Part shown: positions 36,364 through 45,357 of the stretch, piece by piece
How positions within the stretch are numbered: position 1 is the first letter of the stretch
How the letters are laid out: every line of letters begins with the position of its first letter
Source of the DNA: Candidatus Ghiorseimicrobium undicola
GTDB taxonomy: Bacteria; Omnitrophota; Gorgyraeia; Ghiorseimicrobiales; Ghiorseimicrobiaceae
NCBI GenBank assembly: GCA_002796125.1
Contig: PCWA01000075.1
Coordinates: 10,317-74,316 of the forward strand
Reading direction: 5' to 3'
Length of the DNA stretch: 64,000 nt
Made by a program: the position numbers and the translations under genes
The notes under the pieces: model-generated
Seen by the model: the letters and a program-made list of their open reading frames with translations, nothing else
The model's database searches: none
What the model was told of the DNA's origin: nothing

Positions 36364-37301
36364 GGCGAATACCTCTTCGGCCTGACAAACCTGTCTATCA
36401 ACGGCACAAAAGCATTCATTATAAGTATAGAATAACTGACGCCTTCGGGATAACCGCCCCATTTTCTAATCACAAATGTGAGCAGTCCGCACCCTAAGCC
36501 AAAAATAAACTGCCCTTTTGCCGTTAACGGAGTAGTTACATAATCCGTTGCCATGAAAAATGCTCCCAGGATCAAGCCTCCGGAAAGTACCGCGAATATA
36601 AAATCGCCCTTAAATAACGCTTCTCCTGAAAATATCCAGCTTAAAAGAGCAACTATCGTAATAAAAGCAAAAGGCGCATGAAGCGAAATTATTTTTCTCA
36701 CCCACAGATAAAGTGCCCCAATAAGTAAAGCAACAATACAAACTTCGCCTATACATCCGCCTCTGCCACCGGTTAAAAAATCAAAATATGATAGATTCAT
36801 CTGGCCGAGGTTCAATGCCTTTCCTTCCTTAAGCAAGGCCAGCGGCGTGGCAGCCGTTATGCTGTCATACGGCTTTATGAATGTCGTCATATAAGTAGGC
36901 CAGGCAGCCAGTAAAAACGCCCTGCCTACCAAAGCCGGATTAAAGATATTTCTGCCCAAGCCGCCAAATGCCTGCTTGGCAACCGCTATAGCAACAAAAC
37001 TTCCCACAACCGGAAGCCATAAAGGAACGTTGGCGGGCAGGTTATAGCTAAGCAGCAATCCGGTAAGAATCGCGCTGGCATCCAGAATACTGACTTTTTT
37101 TCCGCGCAGGCGGCAAATAAGGGCCTCAAACAACAGCGCGGAAAAAACTCCTGCAAGCATTACCCACAAAGCTCCAATCCCGAATATCCATACGCCGGCA
37201 ATGCCCGAAGGGATAAGAGCAATTACTACTGCCCACATAATATACGATACCGATTCTTTTCTATGTATATGGGGAGATGTGGAAACTATTAGATTATCCA
37301 T
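36360..37301 (-). CDS. rnfD: Rnf complex subunit D
   Basis: MDNLIVSTSPHIH... is the RnfD/NqrB N-terminus (SSPH.H), a polytopic protein. The start is placed at the ATG (about 37299-37301). The track ORF starts at an upstream TTG inside the family-B palindrome. Confidence 0.85.
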   Translation of the reverse strand: MDNLIVSTSPHIHRKESVSYIMWAVVIALIPSGIAGVWIFGIGALWVMLAGVFSALLFEALICRLRGKKVSILDASAILTGLLLSYNLPANVPLWLPVVGSFVAIAVAKQAFGGLGRNIFNPALVGRAFLLAAWPTYMTTFIKPYDSITAATPLALLKEGKALNLGQMNLSYFDFLTGGRGGCIGEVCIVALLIGALYLWVRKIISLHAPFAFITIVALLSWIFSGEALFKGDFIFAVLSGGLILGAFFMATDYVTTPLTAKGQFIFGLGCGLLTFVIRKWGGYPEGVSYSILIMNAFVPLIDRFVRPKRYSP

Positions 37302-37309
37302 ATTCAAAC

Positions 37310-37415
37310 GTCTATCGTCCAACGGTTGCGTAACTGGAAACGCTTATCGCTAATCGTAAAACGTAAAACTGATAAACGAAATACGAATGACGTTTCGAGC
37401 TACGCAACCGATAGC
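37310..37415. repeat. Repeat family B long palindrome, copy 2 (between rnfG and rnfD)
   Basis: ctatcgtccaacggttgcgtaactgg...cgagctacgcaaccgatag, homologous to 965-1070. Confidence 0.7.
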
Positions 37416-37439
37416 CGCATAACGAGATTCAAAACCTTA

Positions 37440-38039
37440 TTACTCTCTACTTGCTGCTATTTTAACTATTTCTTCCGCCTTTTCCTTAACCGCTTCTATT
37501 ACGGCGCGGGATGAAATCGTCGCCCCGGTAATAGTTTCAACTTTATCTAACTTATTAATAGCCTTATTGCTGAATCTTTCTTCAAACCATGGCTTACTTT
37601 TTTCTTCTTTTTTCGCCTTACCGGTTAAAACTTCCAGCAAAGTAGTTTGGACGGCAAGCTCTGCTATCTTCGCCCCTAATCCCGGAGTCTCAGCCTGAGA
37701 GAGTATTTTAATACCTTTTATATTCCCCTGCGTATCCATGCCCACCATAATTTCAATAAGACTTGAATATCCGTAACGCGAAGCTATAAAACAGCAACCG
37801 ATTATCTTGTCTGCGTTATTATCCAAAGCCTTGTAAAAAATTACCTCATTGGCGCGATTTTTTACGGCTTCAAAACTAAATGCTTCTGGCATAACTTCAC
37901 GGAGCGCCTCTTGTTCTTCCTTTTGTTTCTGAAAAGCGATTTTTTCTTTTGTAATAAAGTTGCTTCCGGAAAGGAACACGGCAGCGATAAAACATATCAA
38001 AAAAAGTATCAAGCTGAATTTAATAATATCTTTATTCAT
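37440..38039 (-). CDS. rnfG: Rnf complex subunit G (FMN-binding)
   Basis: N-terminal TM and the FMN-attachment motif TGATISSRAV. Confidence 0.8.
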   Translation of the reverse strand: MNKDIIKFSLILFLICFIAAVFLSGSNFITKEKIAFQKQKEEQEALREVMPEAFSFEAVKNRANEVIFYKALDNNADKIIGCCFIASRYGYSSLIEIMVGMDTQGNIKGIKILSQAETPGLGAKIAELAVQTTLLEVLTGKAKKEEKSKPWFEERFSNKAINKLDKVETITGATISSRAVIEAVKEKAEEIVKIAASRE

Positions 38040-38047
38040 TATAAATC

Positions 38048-39322
38048 TTATCTCTTAATCTTTGTTTTTGCGTATTTTACCGCCTGGACTATTTTCCTGT
38101 TGACCGGGCAGCTATAAGAACAAAGCCCGCACTCAACGCAATCAAGCGCGCCGTATTCCTTTGCCAAATCCCATTTTTCAGATGCAACAGCCATGCTAAT
38201 CAAAGCCGGCGTAAGCCCCATCGGGCAGTTTTTAACGCACTCTCCGCAACGCAGGCAAATCCCCTCTTGCGCTTCTTTAACTTCGTCTTCCGATAAAACT
38301 AATATGCCGCTGGTCCCTTTGATTACAGGAAAATCATCGCTAAATTGCGCGATACCCATCATCGGCCCGCCCATAATTATTTTTTTTGCCTCTTTTTTTA
38401 ATGGCCCGCAAAAAGATATTAAATCTTTCACAGGTGTGCCTATTCTGACTTTTAAATTTCCGGGATTTTTTAAAATATCGCCCGTTACCGTAACCAGTCT
38501 TTCATAAAGCGGTTTATTTTTATATACCGCCTCAAATACGGCAAAGCAGGTGGCGACATTATGCACTACTGCCCCCACATCTAAAGGCAATTTTCCCGAA
38601 GGAACCTTACGCCTTAATACGGAATAAATTAACTGCTTCTCCGCGCCCTGGGGATATTTAGTCTTTAAGACCCGTATTGTGTATTGAGTATTAAGTATCG
38701 CGTTTTTGAAAACAGAAATTGCTTCCGCTTTGTTATCTTCAATTGCGATATAAATATTTTTAACGTTTAATATTTTGGCAATTATCTCGATGCCTTTTAA
38801 TATTCCTTCAGATTCTTCAATCATCAGCCGGTTATCGCTAGTTAAATACGGCTCGCATTCCGCGCCGTTTATGATAAGGCTATCTACCGGCTTAGGGGGA
38901 GAAAGCTTTATATGCGTAGGAAATGTGGCGCCTCCCATTCCGACAATACCGGCATTTTTTATCAAAAGGCGAAGCTCATCAGGACTAAAGCTATTTATCC
39001 TGCTTTTATCTAATAATGGAAATTGCTCCTCTGTCAAATTAATGTCGCGCTCTATTGTTATGGCCGTACTTTTTCCCAAGATGGGATGCGCGTATTCGCC
39101 TATGGCGGTAATTTTGCCGCTTATAGAGGCATGGACAGGGCTGCTAACGCTTGCCTCGGCACAGGCAAGAAGCTGGCCGGTTTTTACTGTATCATTTATT
39201 TTTACCTTTAGAATATCACAAGGCCTGCCGATATGCTGGATTAAAGGAATATAAGCCTTTTCAGGCAAAGGCATGGCTTTTATAGCTATATTTTCTGTTA
39301 ATTCCTTATTTTCTTTTATCAT
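38048..39322 (-). CDS. rnfC: Rnf complex subunit C (NADH-binding, 2x[4Fe-4S])
   Basis: 424 aa RnfC/NqrF-like protein with two C-terminal CxxCxxCxxxCP ferredoxin motifs. Confidence 0.85.
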   Translation of the reverse strand: MIKENKELTENIAIKAMPLPEKAYIPLIQHIGRPCDILKVKINDTVKTGQLLACAEASVSSPVHASISGKITAIGEYAHPILGKSTAITIERDINLTEEQFPLLDKSRINSFSPDELRLLIKNAGIVGMGGATFPTHIKLSPPKPVDSLIINGAECEPYLTSDNRLMIEESEGILKGIEIIAKILNVKNIYIAIEDNKAEAISVFKNAILNTQYTIRVLKTKYPQGAEKQLIYSVLRRKVPSGKLPLDVGAVVHNVATCFAVFEAVYKNKPLYERLVTVTGDILKNPGNLKVRIGTPVKDLISFCGPLKKEAKKIIMGGPMMGIAQFSDDFPVIKGTSGILVLSEDEVKEAQEGICLRCGECVKNCPMGLTPALISMAVASEKWDLAKEYGALDCVECGLCSYSCPVNRKIVQAVKYAKTKIKR

Positions 39323-39378
39323 CTAATGAACGCATTAGGCCCATCCTTTAAATGTATCAGGATGGCCTATCCTTGTGG

Positions 39379-39650
39379 ATAACTTACGGAGTTCGAAGAA
39401 CGACGTAAGTTATTTGCGCGAATTACTCCGCGGAATATTGAAAAATTATCGAAGAGAATTTTTCAATGTTTATGCAGCGAAGCATGAACCCATCCGCCTT
39501 ACGGCGAGATATGGGCGAATTATCCCGAAGCCTGCGAAGTAAATTTCGAAGAAATTTACGAGTGTTTAGGCGAGGGAACATTATTAATACTAATGGGCAC
39601 ATAAGTTACGGAGGCGCAGCCGACGTAACTTATAAGCGCGAATTATTCCG
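39379..39650. repeat. Composite of family C hairpins upstream of rnfC: two AACTTACGG...CGTAAGTT units plus two TCGAAGA-loop hairpins (ATTGAAAAATTATCGAAGAGAATTTTTCAAT; GTAAATTTCGAAGAAATTTAC)
   Basis: Seen directly. Overlaps the last codons of the MFS gene. Confidence 0.7.
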
Positions 39651-40985
39651 TGAAGATTCATTTATCAAACTTAAAATCCCAAAAAGCGCAAGAATTACGC
39701 CCGCGCCAATGAGAATCTTTGCCTGCCCTAATTTATCAGCCAAAAATGCGCTCAAAAGCATACAAACCAAAAATGCCAAATGTATAACAATTTCTACAGA
39801 ACTAAACACCTTTCCACGCATCTCATCATGGCTTAATTGATGTATCAGTGTGTTGCAGGCGGTTATTATCGGAGAAATGACAACCCCCAATACAATCGCC
39901 AATACCGCCGCCACTAAAAAATGCGGGTTACTCTTTAATATAAAACTAAAAGCTATCAAAGTAAACCCCACGCAAGACAGTGATAAAAATATCGTCTTAA
40001 ATAATGCAACCCTGTGGCCGAATCTGCCGTAAATAATCGAACCAAAGAATAATCCGCCAGCCAAAAACATAGCCAACAACCCTAAATCCTTAGTTGCTGA
40101 ATGTAACGCCTGCTGCACAAAAACTATAATTACGGTATTGACACTTCCTAGGGCAGCCCCCAATAAAAAAAGTACACCGATAATATAACGTAACTCTTTA
40201 TGTTTAATAAGATAAAAAAATCCTTCCTTCATTTCGCTGAATACCGATTTACGTATAACTTCTAAAACTCCCCGGCTTACGTTAATCAAGCTCTCTTTCT
40301 GAGAGGTTGCGATTCTTTTACTAATCAGAAAAATTAAAAAGGCGGAAATAAAAAAAGTTAAGCTATCTAAATAAAATCCCCCCTCTACGCCTATCCAAGC
40401 AGGAGAAACAAGTATCCCGCTTAAGCCTAATCCAAAAGCAGCGGCAATCATACCGGTAGTAGCAACTAAAGAATTAGCCAGAAGCAGGCTGCCTTTATCC
40501 ACCAAATCCGGGACTATTGCCATTTTCGCCGGAACGAAAAACCTTGAAATGCAAAAAATTATAAACACTATTAAATATATAGGGAAAAAAGAACGCTTAT
40601 AAAAGAACGCCAGAGGTATTAGCAATACAAGCACACACCGCAAAAGATCGCAAATATACATTGTCTTACGCCGGTCCCACCTGTCAACATAGACCCCGGC
40701 TACAGGGCCGATAATAAATACAGGAATAATAGTAAAAGAAATTATCTTGGCCAGCTGCAGAGCCGAACCCGGGGCGCGCTGATAGACAAGGGCGATAAGA
40801 GCCATTTGATTTAGCCGATCGCCAAATTGTGAAATTATCTGCCCCAGCCAAAGAAGAAAAAAATTCCTATTTTTTAAAATTTTCCTAAACCCTGCTCCTG
40901 ATAGGGCATCTTTCGATGGCCGTAAATTTTGTTTATTCTCCGAAGAAGGAATTTTATTTTTGCTGGAAATATTACTGCAATCCAT
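39630..40985 (-). CDS. MFS transporter
   Basis: 12 predicted TM helices, ...WLGQIISQFGDRLNQMALIALV MFS motif region. The N-terminal 40 aa is hydrophilic, so the true start may be further downstream. Confidence 0.7.
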   Translation of the reverse strand: MDCSNISSKNKIPSSENKQNLRPSKDALSGAGFRKILKNRNFFLLWLGQIISQFGDRLNQMALIALVYQRAPGSALQLAKIISFTIIPVFIIGPVAGVYVDRWDRRKTMYICDLLRCVLVLLIPLAFFYKRSFFPIYLIVFIIFCISRFFVPAKMAIVPDLVDKGSLLLANSLVATTGMIAAAFGLGLSGILVSPAWIGVEGGFYLDSLTFFISAFLIFLISKRIATSQKESLINVSRGVLEVIRKSVFSEMKEGFFYLIKHKELRYIIGVLFLLGAALGSVNTVIIVFVQQALHSATKDLGLLAMFLAGGLFFGSIIYGRFGHRVALFKTIFLSLSCVGFTLIAFSFILKSNPHFLVAAVLAIVLGVVISPIITACNTLIHQLSHDEMRGKVFSSVEIVIHLAFLVCMLLSAFLADKLGQAKILIGAGVILALFGILSLINESSRNNSRL

Positions 40986-41044
40986 AAACGCACCTTTTTA
41001 TCTCTAGCAGAATAAATCTTGCCATATTTTCCCAAGGAAAAATC

Positions 41045-41117
41045 AGCCGATGAGAGGAATCGAACCTCCGGCCCGCGCTTTACGAAAGCGCTGCTCTGCC
41101 AACTGAGCTACATCGGC
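41045..41117 (-). tRNA. tRNA-Thr (anticodon CGU)
   Basis: Reverse-complement cloverleaf GCCGATG TA GCTC AGTTGGCA GAGC A GCGCT TTCGTAA AGCGC GGGCC GGAGG TTCGATT CCTCT CATCGGC with the GTTCGATTCC T-arm. No encoded CCA. Confidence 0.8.
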
Positions 41118-41175
41118 AAACTTGAAGTAATATAATATCAAATTTAGGCAATATTGCCAATATTTTTGATTAGGA

Positions 41176-41322
41176 GGTAGTATGCTGAAAATTATGTAAA
41201 TTCATGCTGGCTTGGGCTGATTTTGAGCAGGGCGTAACGCAGGCCGAGCGCCTGCGAAAAATAAGGCCGAGCCAGCGGCCATGTTAATCCGCTATAATTT
41301 ACACAATTTATTCTAGACAACC
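41176..41322 (+). mobile_element. MITE-like repeat family A, copy 3 (internally deleted, about 147 bp) next to tRNA-Thr
   Basis: Both termini match copy 2. The central ~85 bp are missing. Confidence 0.65.
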
Positions 41323-41334
41323 TGATTAGGATGT

Positions 41335-41982
41335 TCAGATAAAAAATATCTGCGAAGGGCCTTTGTCTTTTGAATCGATTAATGCCTTTATAGATTCCTG
41401 AATACGCAAAAACTGCCCGGAAGCAATCCAGTCTTTTCTAAAAATGCTTGCGCCAAAAGCAACGGCCGATGCGCCATTTGAAAAAAATAAACCGATATTT
41501 TTAATATTTACTCCTCCGCAGGCAAGAAGTTCAATCTGGGGGAAAGGCCCTTTTATCTCTCTAAAATATTCCGGCCCAAAGAACTTTGCCGGGAATACCT
41601 TGACCATGCTAGCTCCTAAGCACCAGGCATTATATATTTCTTGGGGAGTCAGCGCGCCGGCAAATACCGGAATTTTGTTTTTGGCGCAATATTGAACAAC
41701 ATCTACCGCCAATGTTGGCATAACAATAAATCCCGCGCCGTTATCTAACGCTTTTTTCAAATCATCAACCGTTAAAACCGTCCCTGCCCCCACTATAAGC
41801 TTTTTACCCGATAACTCAACGATTTTGGCTAAAATCTGCGGAGCCTTATACGTATTCATGGCAAGTTCTATGGTTTTAAGCCCGGAAGATAAAATAGCGC
41901 TTACCAGCTCATCAAGCCTATCCATCTTTATGCCGCGCAATATCCCCATTATTGGAAGTTTCTTAAATTCTTTTATGTCCAC
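41335..41982 (-). CDS. eda: 2-dehydro-3-deoxyphosphogluconate (KDPG)/KHG aldolase family protein
   Basis: 215 aa TIM-barrel with the Eda-like layout (...GILRGIK..., GAGTVLT, FVMPT..., ACGGVN...). Confidence 0.7.
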   Translation of the reverse strand: MDIKEFKKLPIMGILRGIKMDRLDELVSAILSSGLKTIELAMNTYKAPQILAKIVELSGKKLIVGAGTVLTVDDLKKALDNGAGFIVMPTLAVDVVQYCAKNKIPVFAGALTPQEIYNAWCLGASMVKVFPAKFFGPEYFREIKGPFPQIELLACGGVNIKNIGLFFSNGASAVAFGASIFRKDWIASGQFLRIQESIKALIDSKDKGPSQIFFI

Positions 41983-42031
41983 GCGTTTTTTTAGCTAAGC
42001 CGTACCGCCTGATAGCCGATAGGGGTTAGGC

Positions 42032-42982
42032 CTATTCTATGCCGATATTAGTCAGGCTTTCATAAAACTGACGGTAATTTTCCTTATTTTTACCCTTACG
42101 CAGCGCCATCGCCGCACGAGGATGTTCATTCATCATCCCGGATATGGCATAAGGTATAATGTAGCCCCATTCAATCTTGTCCCTTAAAGGAATAAATTCA
42201 TTGGATATTAAATCTAAAATCGGCCTTATATCAAACTTTGGATTCTTCAAAAAACCTATTAGAAGTTCAAGCGGGCAGTTACCTGCGGCACGCCCTATGC
42301 CATATACCGTGGCATCAAGGTAATTAGCATTATGGATTATAGCCTCAATCGTATTGGCGAAAGCAAGCTGTTGATTATTATGCCCGTGGAATCCGACTTC
42401 CTTGGTCTTTATAATATTTTTGAATTTTTTGACCAAATATTCAACCGGTTCCTGATACAGGTAACCAAAGCTATCCACGATATAAACAACATCAACCTTG
42501 CTTTCTTTTTCAATTTGCGCAAGCGCTTCATCCAATTCCGGGCCCATATCTTTGGATATCGCCATTATATTAATTGTTGTCTCATACCCCTTGTCCGCAA
42601 AGCTATTTACCATGAATATGGCTTTATCTATATCTTTGACATAAGCTGCCACCCTGATCATATCTACGGGGCTTTCTTTTTTCGGTTTTATATTATCAAT
42701 ATTTACCCGGCCGACATCGACCATTACGGATATTTTAATCTGTGATTCTACGCCATCGATAACGCGCTTTATTTCCTCGTCATCACAAAATTTCCACTGG
42801 CCGTATTCGCTTGATGAAAAAAGCTCCCTGGAATTTTTATAGCCGATTTCCATATAATCTACTCCGGATTGCGATAAAGCCTTATATACATTACGTACAA
42901 AATTAAAATCAAAATCGTGATTATTTATAAGTCCGCCGTCACGGATAGTACAATCAAACACCTTAATCTTGGGCCTATACAT
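42032..42982 (-). CDS. HMGL-like (pyruvate carboxyltransferase/DRE-TIM) aldolase family protein
   Basis: N-terminal VFDCTIRDGGL (compare D.TLRDG) and HGHNNQQLAFANTIEAI (H.HN..G.A.AN metal site). Confidence 0.5.
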   Translation of the reverse strand: MYRPKIKVFDCTIRDGGLINNHDFDFNFVRNVYKALSQSGVDYMEIGYKNSRELFSSSEYGQWKFCDDEEIKRVIDGVESQIKISVMVDVGRVNIDNIKPKKESPVDMIRVAAYVKDIDKAIFMVNSFADKGYETTINIMAISKDMGPELDEALAQIEKESKVDVVYIVDSFGYLYQEPVEYLVKKFKNIIKTKEVGFHGHNNQQLAFANTIEAIIHNANYLDATVYGIGRAAGNCPLELLIGFLKNPKFDIRPILDLISNEFIPLRDKIEWGYIIPYAISGMMNEHPRAAMALRKGKNKENYRQFYESLTNIGIE

Positions 42983-43069
42983 TGCTCCTCCGATAGCTGA
43001 TGAATACTCCGCGGGATAATCTTCGCCGCAGACACCCCAGTTTGAAGCCGGGGGGCGTATGCGTCTTGA

Positions 43070-43342
43070 TTAAATCTTCCCGGATAACATAAGCAAACCG
43101 ATTATTATAAATAAAGACGCTCCGCAGTACTTGATAATAGCCGGACTCATATATTTTCCTAATACACTCCCAACCAAAACTGAAAATAAAGTAACCAGCA
43201 TGTAAGCGCAAACAGAGCCAAGCCATACACTTACAGGCTTGCCGGATTTAGCGCTCATGCCTATGCCGACTAATTGTGTTTTATCCGCAAGTTCCGCCAA
43301 AAATATAGCTGAAAATGTCGCTAAAAAAATCTTGATATCCAT
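43070..43342 (-). CDS. UPF0016 (GDT1/TMEM165-like) single-repeat membrane protein
   Basis: 90 aa, 3 TM, ELADKTQL matches the E-x-G-D-K-T family motif. Singleton rather than the two-repeat arrangement. Confidence 0.55.
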   Translation of the reverse strand: MDIKIFLATFSAIFLAELADKTQLVGIGMSAKSGKPVSVWLGSVCAYMLVTLFSVLVGSVLGKYMSPAIIKYCGASLFIIIGLLMLSGKI

Positions 43343-43372
43343 ATTGTCCTCTCTATTTATTTACTTAGGCGC

Positions 43373-43837
43373 CTACCAATACAGTTTTTCAAAGCGCTTG
43401 GAATAACGCTTAATCCATTCTTTGCTTGCGGCATTTAAAGACATTTTCCTGCCTAATTGCAGGCTGCGCAGCTTACGGTATTCATCTATAAGATAAATCT
43501 GCTCTATTAATTTTACCTGGAAAGCATCATGAATTTTGGCAAAACAAACTCCTATATTGTAGAGTTTTTCGCCGCCGGACTTATTGCAGCGCATAACTTT
43601 TGCCCTAACATTAAACAGGTTATTTTCAAGCGGCACCTCCAGCAAAAGCGGCTGTCCCTTTTTGATGCGGTAGCTCGATGAAAACAATAAACCTCCCCGG
43701 CTAACATCTATTGCCCTAGATTGCTCCTCCTTAACATCTTCCCCCTCCCACTTTCTAACCGCTTTATATTTGAGAGGAAAACACATCGGTTTTCGGATAA
43801 AACGCCTGCGCTCGCTTTGAATTTTAGTTTTTACCAT
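43373..43837 (-). CDS. PilZ domain protein (predicted c-di-GMP receptor)
   Basis: ERRRFIRKP (RxxxR) and DVSRGGLLF (D.S.GG) PilZ motifs. Confidence 0.65.
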   Translation of the reverse strand: MVKTKIQSERRRFIRKPMCFPLKYKAVRKWEGEDVKEEQSRAIDVSRGGLLFSSSYRIKKGQPLLLEVPLENNLFNVRAKVMRCNKSGGEKLYNIGVCFAKIHDAFQVKLIEQIYLIDEYRKLRSLQLGRKMSLNAASKEWIKRYSKRFEKLYW

Positions 43838-43966
43838 TTCGCCTCCTCAATGAACACATCCGCCGTAGGCAGACAAGTACGAATTTTCGCCGTAAGCGAA
43901 TCTCATGCCGTAGGCAGATCAGCCTGCGGCTGAAATCCCGAAGCCTACATAGTAATTTTAAAAAAT

Positions 43967-44665
43967 TTAAGCTTCAAATAAATCTCTGGGGATTTCTTTA
44001 AATTTGCAATCTGCCATTCTATTAAACCAATTACAATACTCGCAATCCTGATTTTGACGCGGGATATTTCCTTTAAGTAAATTTACAGCGTCAGAAAATG
44101 TATTTTTTATTCTCTCTAAACTCGTTTCCAGCCTAAACGGATTTATATTAAACCTTACTAATCCATCTCTTTCTATTTTTTGGGGAGAATAATAAACTAT
44201 GTAAGCGGAATCTTTAGTCTTGTAACCGTTAGAATTCAACAGTAACGCATAAGAATCAAGCTGCGTTTGATAATATTTCTCTGCTTCATTATTAGATGGC
44301 AGGCTTCCTTTAGTCTTATAGTCTAAAGGTATGTAACAACCCGCATCTACCAGGCAATCATCCAATGCCCCAAACAAAACCGCATCAAGCTCTTTATCAT
44401 AATACTCTAAGCCTGTGCGCCAATTACGCCATTTATCCATCAGGGCTGTGTCGGGCATCAGAATCCCATCTATTCTTCCTGTCAGTTCAGGCGGTAGTTT
44501 TCCTCTATATTTATCAAAATATTCCTTAATTACAGTATCCATTCCTATCGGCAAAGAAGGAAAAATCCCCCGCGGCCGCGCTAACTTTTTATTATAGTGC
44601 AGCCAAAAACAACGCTGGCAGTTCTTAAACAGGTTTAATCCGGTGGTAGGCGATATGCGTATCAT
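43967..44665 (-). CDS. PD-(D/E)XK nuclease, Cas4/RecB-like with Cys clusters
   Basis: Motif I GRIDGI, motif II LDYKTKG, motif III QTQLDSY, plus N-terminal CQRC and C-terminal CEYCNWFNRMADC cysteines. Confidence 0.5.
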   Translation of the reverse strand: MIRISPTTGLNLFKNCQRCFWLHYNKKLARPRGIFPSLPIGMDTVIKEYFDKYRGKLPPELTGRIDGILMPDTALMDKWRNWRTGLEYYDKELDAVLFGALDDCLVDAGCYIPLDYKTKGSLPSNNEAEKYYQTQLDSYALLLNSNGYKTKDSAYIVYYSPQKIERDGLVRFNINPFRLETSLERIKNTFSDAVNLLKGNIPRQNQDCEYCNWFNRMADCKFKEIPRDLFEA

Positions 44666-44689
44666 TTTTATATATTATCAGCGCAAGAT

Positions 44690-44929
44690 TTACTTAAACT
44701 CCTTAACTTCCTGCCTAATGTGGTTTAGGCGCTCTTCGAAATTATCTAATGCCGTATCCATATCACATACGGCAGAAACCAGTAGGCTGCGCCAGGCAAG
44801 ATTATCTTTACTTTTAGCTTCGATACGCGCCATCCTAGACTGCAGGTTAACTATTTTGTTATGAATCCTGCTACATTTTTTTTGCAACCGATTAATCTCT
44901 GATAATTTTGTTATCTTCTTTAAGCCCAT
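44690..44929 (-). CDS. hypothetical small coiled-coil protein
   Basis: 79 aa, heptad-like charged sequence. No recognisable family. Confidence 0.3.
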   Translation of the reverse strand: MGLKKITKLSEINRLQKKCSRIHNKIVNLQSRMARIEAKSKDNLAWRSLLVSAVCDMDTALDNFEERLNHIRQEVKEFK

Positions 44930-44946
44930 AATTATTCCTGCCTCTT

Positions 44947-45357
44947 TTAAAAATAATTTGTTTTTAAAGATTGGGTTCCGGCTTTTTCCTGGATCTTAAT
45001 TTTATTCCAATTTTTGATTATTTCCCTGCTGGATTTTACCTTTACACCACTAAAGACATGTGGATGCCTTCGTTTTAACTTCGCTATCAATACCTCTAAA
45101 ACATCTTCAATGTTAAACTTTCCTTTCTTAGAGGCAATCTGCGAATGAAACATCACCTGTATCAATAAATCTCCCAACTCCTCCTTCATTTGAGCATAAT
45201 CATTATCATTTATCGCAGAGATTAACTCTCTTGCTTCTTGCCGTAAATAAGGAATGAGGGTTTTATGCGTTTGCTCTTTATCCCAAAGGCATCCGTCCGG
45301 GCCATGGAGGATTTCAAATATATTCTTAAGCTCGCTGAATTTAGTTTGTTTTTTCAT
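44947..45357 (-). CDS. MazG-like nucleotide pyrophosphohydrolase
   Basis: ...EARELISAI...[17 protein letters not shown]... matches the all-alpha NTP-PPase (EExxE/D) motifs. Confidence 0.7.
   Translation of the reverse strand: MKKQTKFSELKNIFEILHGPDGCLWDKEQTHKTLIPYLRQEARELISAINDNDYAQMKEELGDLLIQVMFHSQIASKKGKFNIEDVLEVLIAKLKRRHPHVFSGVKVKSSREIIKNWNKIKIQEKAGTQSLKTNYF

Noticed and set aside
36360-37322. Longer RnfD ORF starting at an upstream TTG
   Set aside because: The extra 7 codons fall inside the family B palindrome. The RnfD N-terminus (..SSPH.H) aligns with the downstream ATG start.
39360-39660. Possible CRISPR array because of multiple similar hairpin repeats
   Set aside because: Units are palindromic, irregularly spaced, of several different types, and occur scattered at many gene junctions without uniform spacers. 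There are no cas genes nearby apart from an isolated Cas4-like nuclease 4 kb away.
41118-41334. Integrase/prophage insertion at tRNA-Thr
   Set aside because: Only a 147-bp repeat copy is present between the tRNA and eda. There is no integrase, no direct repeat of the tRNA 3' end, and flanking genes are ordinary chromosomal genes.
42975-43226. 83-aa ORF overlapping the UPF0016 gene and the HMGL-like gene end
   Set aside because: It overlaps two better-supported genes in other frames. It is Arg/Cys/Tyr-rich and odd in composition, with no motif support.
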